A stretch of DNA of 64,000 bases from NCBI GenBank assembly GCA_963832165.1, contig CAWHTE010000004.1, positions 128,001 through 192,000 of the forward strand, given 5' to 3'. This stretch comes from an uncultured delta proteobacterium. Its GTDB lineage: Bacteria; Myxococcota_A; UBA9160; SMWR01. The notes under the pieces are model-generated. The model ran no database searches and was not told where the DNA came from. It saw only the letters and a list, made by a program, of their open reading frames with translations. Position numbers and translations under genes: made by a program. The first letter of the stretch is position 1, and each line of letters begins with the position of its first letter. Of this stretch, positions 18,640 to 28,831 are shown one piece after another.

Positions 18640-19068
18640 ATGTCCAATCCCGACTGCATCTTCTGCAAGATCGTGCGCAAGGAGGCGCCTGCGCACGTGG
18701 TCTGCGAGGACGAACGCACGCTCGTGTTCATGGACATCTTCCCGGTGGCCGATGGCCACACGCTGATCATCCCCAAGGCGCATTGCGACGACATCTTTTC
18801 CGCCGATCCGGAGGATCTGCGCGCCGTGATCGACCGCTCGCGCGTGGTCGCGCACGCGATCGGCCGCGTGCTCGCGCCGGACGGCCTCGGCGTCTTCCAG
18901 CTCAACGGCGCGGCGGCGGGCCAGACCGTGTTCCACTACCACATGCACCTGATCCCGCGGAACCACGGCGCGTCGCTGCAGATCCATGGCCGCACGCCCG
19001 GCGACCCGGCCCGCCTCGCCGAGATCGCGAAGCGCCTCGCAGAGGCTGTCGCCGCGGGCCGGACCTAG
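18640..19068 (+). CDS. HIT family nucleotide hydrolase
   Basis: DCIFCKI, GHTLIIPK, AGQTVFHYHMHLIPR. Confidence 0.93.
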   Translation: MSNPDCIFCKIVRKEAPAHVVCEDERTLVFMDIFPVADGHTLIIPKAHCDDIFSADPEDLRAVIDRSRVVAHAIGRVLAPDGLGVFQLNGAAAGQTVFHYHMHLIPRNHGASLQIHGRTPGDPARLAEIAKRLAEAVAAGRT

Positions 19069-21919
19069 CGGCCGCGCCGCCGCCGATCGAGCCACCGGAG
19101 GAGCGCGATCCCCGCACCGAGCAGCAGCCCGCGAGCGGGCTCGGGGAAGTAGTGCACGGCGAACGTGCCGGCTTGTGATCCCGTGGCGAGATCCGGGAAG
19201 CCGTCGCCGTTCAGAGCGCCCGCGACCGGAGCCGAGTCGTCGCCCACGTCTTCTCCGCTGAGCGGATTCGCAGCGCCCGTGAGCGGCGCGAGAGCCGGGC
19301 CCGTCGCGCTGCCGTGATTCTTGAAGTAGTTGAAGCTGCCGTCGCTCTCGCCCGCCACGAGGTCGAGGTCCCCGTCGCGATCGAAGTCGGCAAGCGTCGG
19401 CGTCGACGAGCTTCCCACGTCTCGACCAGCGAGCGGGTTCAGGCCGTCGATGCGCAGCAGGAAGGCCGGGCTCGTCGCTCCGCCGGTGTTCTCGAAGTAG
19501 CTGAAGACGCCGGTTGACTGGCCCACGAAGACGTCGAGGTCACCGTCGGCGTCGATGTCTCCAAACGCCGGCGCGAAGCTGTTGGTACCGACGTTGCCGA
19601 GTCCGAACGGGTTCGCGAGCGCAGCCGCGAACTGCGGGTTGATCGCATCGCCCGTGTTCGCGAAGTAGGAGAAGTCCCCCGCGAGCCGTCCTACCAGCAG
19701 ATCGAGATCGCCGTCGCCGTCTACATCGCCGAACACCGGCTTGGCTTCGTCGCCCACGTCGCGGCCGTCGAGCGGGTTTGCGGCGCCGGTCCGCCGAGGA
19801 ACGCGGGCGCGGTCGGGCTGCCGGTGTTCTCGAAGAACAGGAACGCGCCGAAGTTCTCGCCCGCGACGAGGTCGGCATCGCCGTCGCGGTCGAGGTCGGC
19901 GAGCGCGGCCCCCGCGCGGGATCCCACGTCCTGGCCGGCAAGCGGGTTCGCCGCACCGGTCAACTCGCGGGCCGGTGGCGTCTGCACGACGAAGCTCTCG
20001 AAGTAGAAGAAGACGCCGAGGCTGTTCCCCGCGACGAGGTCGAGGTCGGCGTCGCCATCGAGGTCGCCGAGCGAGGCCGCAGAGAAGGACCCCACGTCGT
20101 GACCAGCGAGAGGGTTGGTCGTGCTGGTGCGCGCAACGAACGCCGGCGCGATCGCGCTGCCCGTGTTCTCGAAATAGAACAAGGTGCCGTATTGCCCTCC
20201 GGCTACGACGTCGAGATCGCCGTCCCCGTCGAGGTCGCCAAGCGAGGGGCGCGAACTCAAGCCGACAGTCTGGCCATCGAGAGGATTGGCAGCGCCAGTG
20301 CGAGAGACGAAGCCCGGGCTCGTCGCGCTGCCGGTGTTCTCGAAATAGAAGAAGATTCCGTCCCCCGAGCCGGCGACCACGTCGAGGTCACCGTCGCCGT
20401 CGAGGTCGCCGAGGGAGGGCGTGGAGCGAATGAACACGTCTTGGCCTGCGAGAGGGTTGGCAGCACCGGTGCGCGCAAGGAACGCGGGCGCGATTACGCT
20501 GCCCGTATTCTCGAAATAGAAGAAGAGGCCGCCGGATGCGTAAGAGCAGTCGCCCGATACCAGGTCGAGGTCGCTGTCGCCATCGAGGTCACCGAAGGAG
20601 GGTGTCGAGCAGGTGACCACCTCTTGGCCGTCGAGCGGGTTGGCGAGCCCGGTCCGCGAGATGAAAACCGAGTTCGTCGCACTGCCCGTGTTCTCGAAGT
20701 AGTTGAAGACGCCGTCGGACTCGCCCGCGACCAGGTCGAGATCGCCATCCGCATCGAGGTCGCCGAGCGCGGAATGCGATTCGCCTCCCACGTCCGTGCC
20801 GTCGAGCGGGTTGGTCGCGCCGGTGCGCGGTACCAGGCGACCGCCGAGATGCTCGAAGTAGTTGAGGACGCCCTCGGACTCGCCCACGACGAGATCGGGG
20901 TCACTGTCACCGTCGAGGTCGCCGAGCGAGGGAGTCGATCGGAATCCCACGCTCTGACCGTGAAGCGGGTTGGCGGCTCCGGTGCGCGCGGCGAACGCAG
21001 GGCTCGTCGCGCTGCCGGTGTTCTCGAACAGGAAGAAGGCACCGCTGGCCGACTCGCCGGCGAGCAGGTCGAGGTCGCTGTCGCCGTCGAGATCGCCGAC
21101 CGTGGGGACTGAGTAGAACCCCACGTTCTGGCCGTTCAGCGGGTTGGCCGTGCCTGTACCCGCGACGAAAGCCGGGCTCGTCGCGCTGCCGGTGTTCTCG
21201 TAGTAGCGGAAGCCGCCGTTCTGTTCGCCCACGACCAGGTCGAGGTCACCGTCGCCGTCGAGGTCGCCCAGGGACGGAGCGGAGAGAATTCCCACGTCCT
21301 GGCCGCTCAGGGGGTTGGCCGCGCCCGTGCGCGCGAGGAAGGCAGGACTCTCCGCGCTGCCCGTGTTCTCGAAGTAGTTGAAGACGCCGTCGAACTCGCC
21401 TGCGACCAGGTCGAGGTCGCCGTCGCTGTCGAGGTCGCCGAGCGAGGGGGCCGAATCGCCGCCCACGTCCTGGCCATTGAGCGGATTGGCCGTGCCGGTG
21501 CGGTGGAGGAACGCCGGGCTCGCCGCGCTGCTCGTGTTCTCGAAGTAGTTGAAGACGCCGTCGAACTCGCCCGCGACCAGGTCGAGATCGCCGTCGCCGT
21601 CCAGGTCGCCGAGCGCCGCCGTCGAGTCGGATCCCAAATCTTGACCCGCGAGCGGGTTCGCCGCGCCGGTCTGCGCGGCGAACGGCGGCAGCTCCGCGCC
21701 GGCCGGCGTCGCCGAGAGCCCGAGCAACGCCATCGCGAGCGCCGAGGACGCGCCGACACTGCGCACGACCCACCGCAGGTAGCTCGCGTCGCGCCGGTGC
21801 CGCCGCACGAAACGCCGCGCCGCCGCGCGCACCTGCTGGCGCGTTCCGGCGGATCGCGCGCTCGCCACGAGCGCACTCCCGCAGGATGCTGCCAGCCCAC
21901 CGTCCCGTCGCCGCCTCAT
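19065..21919 (-). CDS. FG-GAP/VCBS repeat surface protein with PEP-CTERM-like C-terminus; one frameshift near 19795
   Basis: 15 copies of a GDLDGDGDLD-type motif across two frames; ends FPEPARGLLLGAGIALLRWLDRRRRGR; start codon uncertain. Confidence 0.85.
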
Positions 21920-22058
21920 GACAGCCTGAATAACCCGATTTCGCCGCGACCCCTGTGAACTGCTTCGCGGGTCGTTGCGATCACTACTAACATGCCCGGG
22001 CGGGCAGGAGATAGTGGAGTTCGCAGGTACTGGATGCGAATCCAGTTCGGCGATCGAA

Positions 22059-24302
22059 CTATCGGGCGGCTTCCACCTCGACGGGGATCCCGTTGAGTAC
22101 AGCGGTCCCCGACAGGGGGTCGAGCGCGAGCTCATCGGTCAGCACGTTGCTGTTAGTGCCTGGGCGCTGCGCGGCCACCGAGAGGTTGGTGCCGGGCTCG
22201 TCGTGGCCCCAGCCGTGCGGCAGCGATACGACGCCCGGCGCGATCCCGTCGGTGATCTCGACGGGCGCGAGTGCGGTGCCGACGCGCGACGAGATCCGCG
22301 CGACCGCGCCCGCCGCCAGCCCGCGCTCCGCAGCATCCTTGGGATGGAGCTGCAGCGTGCAGCGCGCGGGTCCCTTCGCGAGCATCGGAAGGTTGTGCAT
22401 CCACGAGTTGTTCGAGCGCACGTGGCGGCGCCCGACCAGCAGCAAGCCCGGCGCGGGGCGCGCGAGAGACTCCTCGAGCCGCTCGAGATCGGCGAGGAGC
22501 AGGTCGGGTGCGAGCTCGATCTTGCCGCTCGGCGTGCGCAGCACCTCGGGAATGCGCGGCTCGAGCGCGCCCAGATCGACGCCGTGCGGAGACGCGGCGA
22601 GCCGGTCCAGCGTCAGGCCGTCGGGCCGCGCGCCGAAGTGATCGCCGTACGGACCCGATCGGAGCCCGAGGTCGACGATGCGGTCGGGGCCGCGCCGCTT
22701 GTCGAGCGCGGCGAGGATCTCGTCCGCATCGCGCCCTTCGATCGGCGACCCCGGCGCGCGCACCGCGCCCTGGACCTGGAGCCGGATCACGAGCGCATCG
22801 AGCGCCTCGACGTCGGCCTTCGGCCCCTGACCCAGCAGCACGCCGAGCAGGCGCAGCAGCACCTCCCACTCTTCGAGCGCGCCGCGCGGCGGCTCGAACA
22901 CGGGCGGCGAATAACGCGCCCAGTTGCGCACCGAGAGCTGCGGGAACGCGATGTCGAAGTGCGACTGCTCGAGCGGCGAGAGGCCGGGCAGGATCACGTC
23001 GGCGTGGCGCGTGGTCTCGTTCAGGTAGATGTCGACGCTGACCATGAAGTCGAGCGAGGCGAGCGCGCGCGAGAGCCGTCCCGCGTTGGGTGTGCTCACG
23101 GCGGGATTTCCCGCGATCGTGATCAGTGCGCGGACCTGTCCCTCGCCGGGCGTCTCGATTTCCTCGGCCAGGCAAGCGCACGGGAACTCGCCGAGCACCT
23201 CGGGTGCGCCGCGCACGCGGCTCTTGTGGCGATGCAGGCCCACGCCCGCACCCACGCCGGGCCTCCCACGCGTGTTGGCCGCGAACGCGGCCGCTTTCGG
23301 GAACATCGCGCCGCCGGGCCGGTCGAGCTGACCCGTGAGCACGTTCAAGACGTCGACGAGCCAGCTCGCCGTGGTGCCGAACTCGGTGGTGGTGGTGCCG
23401 ATCCGGCCGTAGACGCAGCCGCCGTCCGCTGCGGCGAGCTCGCGCGCGAGCCGCCGGATCACCTCGGGCGCGACACCGCAGCGCGTCGCGACCTGCTCGG
23501 GGCCGAATGGGGCGATTGCGCGGCGCACGTCGTCGATCCCGTTCGTCCAGGGTGCGAGAGGACCCGGTCGCACGAGACCCTCTTCGAAGAGCGTATGGAC
23601 CATGCCCGCGAGCAGCAGGGCATCGGTGCCGGGCCGGATCGCGATGTGTTCGTCGGCGATCGCGGCCGTCTCGCTGCGGCGCGGATCGACCACCACGAGC
23701 CGCCCGCCGCGCTCGCGCATGCGCCGCGCGCGGCCGCGGAAGTCGGGCACCGTCCAGAGGCTCCCGTTCGAGGCCATCGGATTCGCGCCGAGCATGAGCA
23801 GGAAGCGGCTGCGGTCGATGTCGGGCACGGGAATGCTGAACGACGTGCCGAACAGCAGCGAAACCGCGACCTGCTTCGGATACTGATCGACGGTGCTCGC
23901 GCTGTAGCGGTTGCGCGAGCGGAACCCGGTCAGGAGCGCCTGGTTGTACAGGAGCAGCGACGTGCTGTGCGCGCCCGGGTTGCCGAGATAGAACGCGACG
24001 GCGTCGGGTCCGTGCTGTTCGACGATCGGGCGCAGGCCGCGGTCGATGGCCTCGAAGGCTTCGTCCCACGAGACCGGCACGTGCACGCCGTTGCGGCGCA
24101 GGAGCGGCTGGCGCAGGCGGTCTGGATCGAGATCGAGCTCGCGCAGCGCGGCGCCCTTCGGGCACACGAAGCCGTGGCTGAACGCGTCGTCCGCGTCGCC
24201 GCGGATCGAGATCACCTCGCGACCCGACACCTCGAACTCGAGACCGCACGCGGCCTCGCAGATCGTGCACTGGTGGTAGCGGATCTCGGTGTCGGGGGGC
24301 AT
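22059..24302 (-). CDS. Molybdopterin-dependent oxidoreductase (4Fe-4S, FdhF/BisC-like family)
   Basis: CTICEAACG...CPKG, VDPRRSETA, RRHVRSNNSW, SLPHGWGH. Confidence 0.9.
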   Translation of the reverse strand: MPPDTEIRYHQCTICEAACGLEFEVSGREVISIRGDADDAFSHGFVCPKGAALRELDLDPDRLRQPLLRRNGVHVPVSWDEAFEAIDRGLRPIVEQHGPDAVAFYLGNPGAHSTSLLLYNQALLTGFRSRNRYSASTVDQYPKQVAVSLLFGTSFSIPVPDIDRSRFLLMLGANPMASNGSLWTVPDFRGRARRMRERGGRLVVVDPRRSETAAIADEHIAIRPGTDALLLAGMVHTLFEEGLVRPGPLAPWTNGIDDVRRAIAPFGPEQVATRCGVAPEVIRRLARELAAADGGCVYGRIGTTTTEFGTTASWLVDVLNVLTGQLDRPGGAMFPKAAAFAANTRGRPGVGAGVGLHRHKSRVRGAPEVLGEFPCACLAEEIETPGEGQVRALITIAGNPAVSTPNAGRLSRALASLDFMVSVDIYLNETTRHADVILPGLSPLEQSHFDIAFPQLSVRNWARYSPPVFEPPRGALEEWEVLLRLLGVLLGQGPKADVEALDALVIRLQVQGAVRAPGSPIEGRDADEILAALDKRRGPDRIVDLGLRSGPYGDHFGARPDGLTLDRLAASPHGVDLGALEPRIPEVLRTPSGKIELAPDLLLADLERLEESLARPAPGLLLVGRRHVRSNNSWMHNLPMLAKGPARCTLQLHPKDAAERGLAAGAVARISSRVGTALAPVEITDGIAPGVVSLPHGWGHDEPGTNLSVAAQRPGTNSNVLTDELALDPLSGTAVLNGIPVEVEAAR

Positions 24303-24396
24303 GCGGGCTCCTCGGAGGATGACGACTGCGAAGATACGGCGTCCGGTCGGGGGTGGCTCCAGTATGCTGGACCCGCTCCGGCCGAGGAGGGTGCCC

Positions 24397-25824
24397 ATGC
24401 CGCGGATCGACGAGTACGAGGGTCAGGATGCGCTCGGGCTCGCCGCGTGGGTGCGCGCGGGCGAGGTTTCGCCGCAGGAGCTGCTCGAGGCGGCGGTGGC
24501 GCGGATCGAGGCGCGCAATCCCGCACTCAACGCGGTGGTGATCCGCGCGTTCGAGGAGGGCCGCAAGGCGATCGAGGCGGGACTGCCCGAAGGTCCGCTG
24601 CGCGGCGTGCCCTGGCTGCTCAAGGATCTCCACGCGGCCTGGAAGGGCGTGCGGCTCACGAACGGTTCGCGCTTCTTTGCCGACAACGTGTCCGACCACG
24701 ACCACGAGATCACGATCCGCTACCGGCGCGCGGGGCTCGTGCTATTCGGGCGCACCGCGTCGCCGGAGCTCGGTGGAACGTCCACCACCGAGTCGATCCT
24801 CTATGGCGAGACGCACAATCCCTGGGAGCTCTCCCATTCGTCCGGCGGCTCCTCGGGCGGCGCCGCGGCGGCTGTGGCTGCGGGGATCGTGCCCGCGGCG
24901 CACGCGACCGACGGCGGCGGATCGATTCGCATCCCCGCGTCGTGCTGCGGCCTGTTCGGGATGAAACCCACGCGCGCGCGCGTGCCGAGCGGCCCGAAGG
25001 CCGGCGAGGGGTGGAGCGGGATGAGCGTGCAACACGCAGTCTCGCGCAGCGTGCGCGACAGCGCGGCGCTGCTCGACGCCGTGCAGGGTCCTGCGACCGG
25101 CGACCCCTACTGGGCGCCGCCGCCCGCGCGACCGTTCCTCTCCGAGGTGGGATCCGACCCGGGCCGGCTCCGGATCGCGCTCCAGACGAGCGCGTTCAAC
25201 GGCGCGGAGGTCGATCCCGACTGCCTCCTGGCCGCGCGCGATGCCGCAGATCTGTGTCGCAGTCTCGGTCACGACGTGGACGAGTCGGAGCTGCTCGTCG
25301 ACCGCGAGCTGCTCGCCCGATCCGCGGGCACGATCATCGGAGCCAACCTGCGCGCCACGCTGCTCGAGCGCGCGGCCGAGCTCGGTCGCGAGGTCACCCG
25401 AGACGACGTCGAGCCGCTCAACTGGATGATCTCGGAGCAGGTCAAGCAGGCCGGCGCATCGGATTACGCCAGCGCGCTGCGCGGCATCCACCGTCTGGGA
25501 CGCGAGGTTTCCCACTTCCTCGAGCGCTACGACGTGATGCTCTCGCCGACGATGGCGACGCCGCCGCTTCCGCTCGGCCGCCTCGCGCTCACGCGCAGCG
25601 ATTTCCCAGGTCTGGTCACGGATCTCGCGCGCACGATCGGCTTCACGCAGCTCTTCAATGCGTCGGGACATCCCGCGATGTCGGTGCCGCTGTACTGGAA
25701 CGCGGCGGGCCTGCCGATCGGTGTCCAGTTCGTGGGCCGCTTTGGCGACGAAGCGTCGCTCTTCCGGCTCGCTGCGCAGCTCGAGAGTGCGCGGCCGTGG
25801 TTCCTACGACGCCCGAAGCAGTAG
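24397..25824 (+). CDS. Amidase signature family protein
   Basis: [41 protein letters not shown]. Confidence 0.92.
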   Translation: MPRIDEYEGQDALGLAAWVRAGEVSPQELLEAAVARIEARNPALNAVVIRAFEEGRKAIEAGLPEGPLRGVPWLLKDLHAAWKGVRLTNGSRFFADNVSDHDHEITIRYRRAGLVLFGRTASPELGGTSTTESILYGETHNPWELSHSSGGSSGGAAAAVAAGIVPAAHATDGGGSIRIPASCCGLFGMKPTRARVPSGPKAGEGWSGMSVQHAVSRSVRDSAALLDAVQGPATGDPYWAPPPARPFLSEVGSDPGRLRIALQTSAFNGAEVDPDCLLAARDAADLCRSLGHDVDESELLVDRELLARSAGTIIGANLRATLLERAAELGREVTRDDVEPLNWMISEQVKQAGASDYASALRGIHRLGREVSHFLERYDVMLSPTMATPPLPLGRLALTRSDFPGLVTDLARTIGFTQLFNASGHPAMSVPLYWNAAGLPIGVQFVGRFGDEASLFRLAAQLESARPWFLRRPKQ

Positions 25825-26637
25825 CACCGAAACTTCGGGCGGAACGCGGAACCGGATCGGAACGATGCTCGTGCCGAGCCCCGGGCTCACGAACAGATGA
25901 CGCCCGCCCTCGACGACGTGCCCGATCGCAAAGCGATTTCCGTAGAGGGATGGCACGACGGGACGCCCGATCCACGGGAGGTACACCTGGCCGCCGTGGG
26001 TGTGACCCGCGACCGTGAGGCTCACGCGCGCGGGAACGTCGGGGAATACGTCGGGGTTGTGCGTGAATGCGAGGACCGGAGCCGAGTCCGTCACGTGCGA
26101 GAGCGCGCCCGCGACGTCGTGCTTGCTCGTGCGGTAGTCGCTGATGCCCGCGAGCCAGAAATCGCACGCGTCCGCATGGATGCGCGCTGCGGCGTCCTCG
26201 AGCACGGAGATGCCGCTCGTCTCGAGCGCGGCTCGCATGCGCGGTCCGTCGAGCCACCAATCGTGATTGCCGAGCACCGCGAAGACTCCGCGCGGCGCCG
26301 ACAGCCGCGCGAGCCCCGCGGCGATCTCCTCGGGCGGCGTGAAGCGTCCGCCGATCACGCCGTGGATCAGAAAATCTCCCGGAAGCAGGATCAGATCCGG
26401 TCGCGCACGGAGCGTGAGATCGACGATGCGCGAGAGCTTCGCTGTGCCGTTGAACGGCGAGCCGACGTGCAGGTCGGCGAGCACGGCCACGCGCAGTCCG
26501 TCGCAGCCGACCGGCCAGCCTGGAATCGCGAGCTCGTAGTCTTCGTTGCGCAGGCTCGCGGGCTCGACTCCGAATCCCCAGACGAGCGCTGCGGCCGCGG
26601 ACCACGCGAGGGCGAGCAACCCGAGCTTGACTCTCAC
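25804..26637 (-). CDS. Metallophosphoesterase (YkuE-like)
   Basis: ADLH, PGD, GNHD, THNPD, GHTHGGQ. Confidence 0.92.
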   Translation of the reverse strand: MRVKLGLLALAWSAAAALVWGFGVEPASLRNEDYELAIPGWPVGCDGLRVAVLADLHVGSPFNGTAKLSRIVDLTLRARPDLILLPGDFLIHGVIGGRFTPPEEIAAGLARLSAPRGVFAVLGNHDWWLDGPRMRAALETSGISVLEDAAARIHADACDFWLAGISDYRTSKHDVAGALSHVTDSAPVLAFTHNPDVFPDVPARVSLTVAGHTHGGQVYLPWIGRPVVPSLYGNRFAIGHVVEGGRHLFVSPGLGTSIVPIRFRVPPEVSVLLLRAS

Positions 26638-26664
26638 GCGCGCCTAGTCTACACAGCGAACGTC

Positions 26665-26812
26665 ATGGTGAATCAGCGGCGCACTGCTCCTCGCCCTCAT
26701 CGACGGCCTGCTTCTTACGCAGGCGGGAGAGGGCCTGGGCGGCCGTCGCTGAACCGATTCGCCTAGTCACCACCCTCTCCCGCCGAGCCAGGCCGGAGAG
26801 GGTTTCGTGTTT
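26665..26812 (+). promoter_or_regulatory. Leucine-responsive transcription attenuator (Leu-rich leader ORF, antiterminator, terminator)
   Basis: Frame 26672-26752 = ISGALLLALIDGLLLTQAGEGLGGRR* (8 Leu codons); 26722-26733 is perfectly complementary to 26773-26784; hairpin 26772-26780/26795-26803 followed by a T-rich run. Confidence 0.75.
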
Positions 26813-26879
26813 CTAGACCCCGGGAAGTTCCCGGACCCCGCTCCGCGCCGCTCGGCTCGGCCGCAGCCAGGAGCGCGTC

Positions 26880-28040
26880 ATGTCGAGTGTTTCCGAGCGG
26901 ATCGTCGTCTTCGATACCACCTTGCGCGACGGAGAGCAGACCGCAGGGGTCTGCTTCAGCGCGGCGCAAAAGGTCGAGATCGCACAGGCGCTCGCGGCGA
27001 TGCACGTCGACGTGATCGAGGCCGGCTTCCCCGCGGCCTCGGCCGCGGAGCGCCGCGCCGTGAACCTCGTGGCGCGCGAGGTCCGTGGCGCGGCGGTCTG
27101 CGCGCTCGCGCGCGCGGTTCCGTTCGACATCGACGCCGCCGCCGAGGCGCTGCACGGCGCCGAGGCGCCGCGCATCCACACGTTCGTGAACTCGAGCGAC
27201 GTGCACCTCGCGCACCAGCTTCGGAAGGGCAGGGACGAGGTGCTCGGAATGGTCGAGTTCGCGGTGACGCGTGCGCGCAACGCGACAGACGACGTCGAGT
27301 TCAGCCCGATGGATGCGACGCGCGCCGACCCGGAGTTCCTCGTCGACGTGGTGCGCGTCGCGCTCGCAGCCGGCGCGCGCACGATCAACATCCCCGACAC
27401 GGTCGGCTACGCGCTTCCCGACCAGGTGTCGCGGCTGATCGCGCAGCTCTTCGATCGCGTTCCCGAGCTCGCCGAGGCAGTCGTCTCGTTCCACGGCCAA
27501 GACGACCTCGGGCTCGCCACGGCGAACGCGCTCGCGGCGATCCGCGCGGGCGCGCGCCAGGTGGAGCTCGCCGTGAACGGGATCGGCGAGCGCGCGGGCA
27601 ACACCGCGTTCGAAGAGGTGGTGATGGCGATCTCGGTGCACGGCGCCGCGCTCGGCGTCCACACGGGCGTGGATCCGCGCGGGATCTGCGCGCTCTCGGC
27701 GCTCGTCGAGGAGCACAGCGGCGTCGCGGTGCCGCGCAACAAGGCGGTGGTCGGCGCCAACGCGTTCCGCCATGCCTCGGGCATCCACCAGGACGGCGTG
27801 CTCAAGTGGCGCGAGAACTACGAGGTGCTCGACCCGGCTGCGATCGGCCACGCGCGCGGCAGCGAGATCGTGCTGGGCAAGCTCTCGGGTCGCGCGGGCT
27901 TCGTGGCGCGTGCGAGGCAGCTCGGGTTCTGCCTCTCGGATGCGGCGCTCGATTCCGCGTTCGAGCGCTTCCAGCGCCTCGCCGACGGCAAGCGGGTGGT
28001 GGAGGACGACGATCTTCGGGCGATCTGTGCGGCGGCGTGA
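26880..28040 (+). CDS. leuA: 2-isopropylmalate synthase, short form without C-terminal regulatory domain
   Basis: FDTTLRDGEQ, IEAGFP, INIPDTVGY, GIGERAGN, SGIHQDG, LGKLSGR; 386 aa. Confidence 0.88.
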   Translation: MSSVSERIVVFDTTLRDGEQTAGVCFSAAQKVEIAQALAAMHVDVIEAGFPAASAAERRAVNLVAREVRGAAVCALARAVPFDIDAAAEALHGAEAPRIHTFVNSSDVHLAHQLRKGRDEVLGMVEFAVTRARNATDDVEFSPMDATRADPEFLVDVVRVALAAGARTINIPDTVGYALPDQVSRLIAQLFDRVPELAEAVVSFHGQDDLGLATANALAAIRAGARQVELAVNGIGERAGNTAFEEVVMAISVHGAALGVHTGVDPRGICALSALVEEHSGVAVPRNKAVVGANAFRHASGIHQDGVLKWRENYEVLDPAAIGHARGSEIVLGKLSGRAGFVARARQLGFCLSDAALDSAFERFQRLADGKRVVEDDDLRAICAAA

Positions 28041-28767
28041 GCGGCGCGCGCGGCGCCCGCTCCGAGGGCGGGCGCCGCAGCGCGGTGACCAACACGTGGC
28101 GGGCGGCGCGGTAGATCTCGGCCTGGTCGATCTTCGAGTCACCGAGCCGCCGGTCCTCGAAGACGATCGGAATCTCGCGGATGCGAAAGCCCGCGCGATG
28201 GACGCGCCAGACCATCTCCTCGAGAAACGAGTAGCCCGATGCGCGAACCGAGAACGGATCGATGGCCTCGAGCACGGCGCGGCCGTAGCAGCGGAAGCCC
28301 GCCGTGCAGTCGCGTACGGGCACACGCAAGAGCACGCGTGTGTAGAGATTGGCGAAGCGCGACAGCAGGCGGCGGCGGCGCGACCAGTTCGCGACGCCGC
28401 CTCCCGGCACATAACGCGAACCGATCACGAGGTCGGCCTCCGCCGAGACCTCGATCATGTGCGGTAGATAGCGGGGGTGATGGCTGTAGTCGCAGTCCAT
28501 CGTGAGCACGCGGTCGTAGCCGTGGTCGAGCCCATGGCGGAAGCCCGCGAGGTAGGCGGTGCCGAGCCCGAGCTTGCCCGCGCGGCGCAGCAGGTGCAGG
28601 CGCGGCTCGATCCGCTGCGCCGCCTCGACCAGATCCCCGGTGCCGTCGGGGCTGTTGTCGTCGACCACGAGCACGTCGAGGTCCGGATCCTGCGCCAGCA
28701 CGTCGGCGCTGAGCGGGAGCACGTTCTCCGCCTCGTTGTAGGTGGGCAGGACGACCAACGAGCGCAT
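27802..28767 (-). CDS. Polyprenol-monophosphomannose synthase-like GT2 (domain ends ~28060; ORF runs on antisense to leuA)
   Basis: [40 protein letters not shown]. Confidence 0.88.
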   Translation of the reverse strand: MRSLVVLPTYNEAENVLPLSADVLAQDPDLDVLVVDDNSPDGTGDLVEAAQRIEPRLHLLRRAGKLGLGTAYLAGFRHGLDHGYDRVLTMDCDYSHHPRYLPHMIEVSAEADLVIGSRYVPGGGVANWSRRRRLLSRFANLYTRVLLRVPVRDCTAGFRCYGRAVLEAIDPFSVRASGYSFLEEMVWRVHRAGFRIREIPIVFEDRRLGDSKIDQAEIYRAARHVLVTALRRPPSERAPRAPLTPPHRSPEDRRPPPPACRRRGAGSARTRNRAPHPRGRTRAASHAPRSPRDPRACPARSRCRARGRSQPGRAPRSSRAT

Positions 28768-28831
28768 GAAGCGGCGCAAGATACCCGAATCGACGGCTCG
28801 CGGCCCCGCGCAAAGACCCGGCCAGGTCGGC

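Noticed and set aside
19200..21700. ~170-bp tandem nucleotide repeats as a possible CRISPR array or satellite
   Set aside because: The repeats are codon-degenerate and encode FG-GAP units; there are no unique spacers and no cas genes
21975..26018. Very long ORFs in the track (e.g. 21975..26018 +, most of 28832..33583 -, the first part of 31363..35619 +, 28742..31168 +)
   Set aside because: Antisense or off-frame shadows of real genes; Arg/Ala/Pro-rich with no motifs, as expected at ~70% GC
27802..28040. 239-bp antisense overlap between leuA and the GT2 gene as a functional overlap
   Set aside because: The GT2 domain ends at ~28060 and the extension is low-complexity; more likely a lost stop codon
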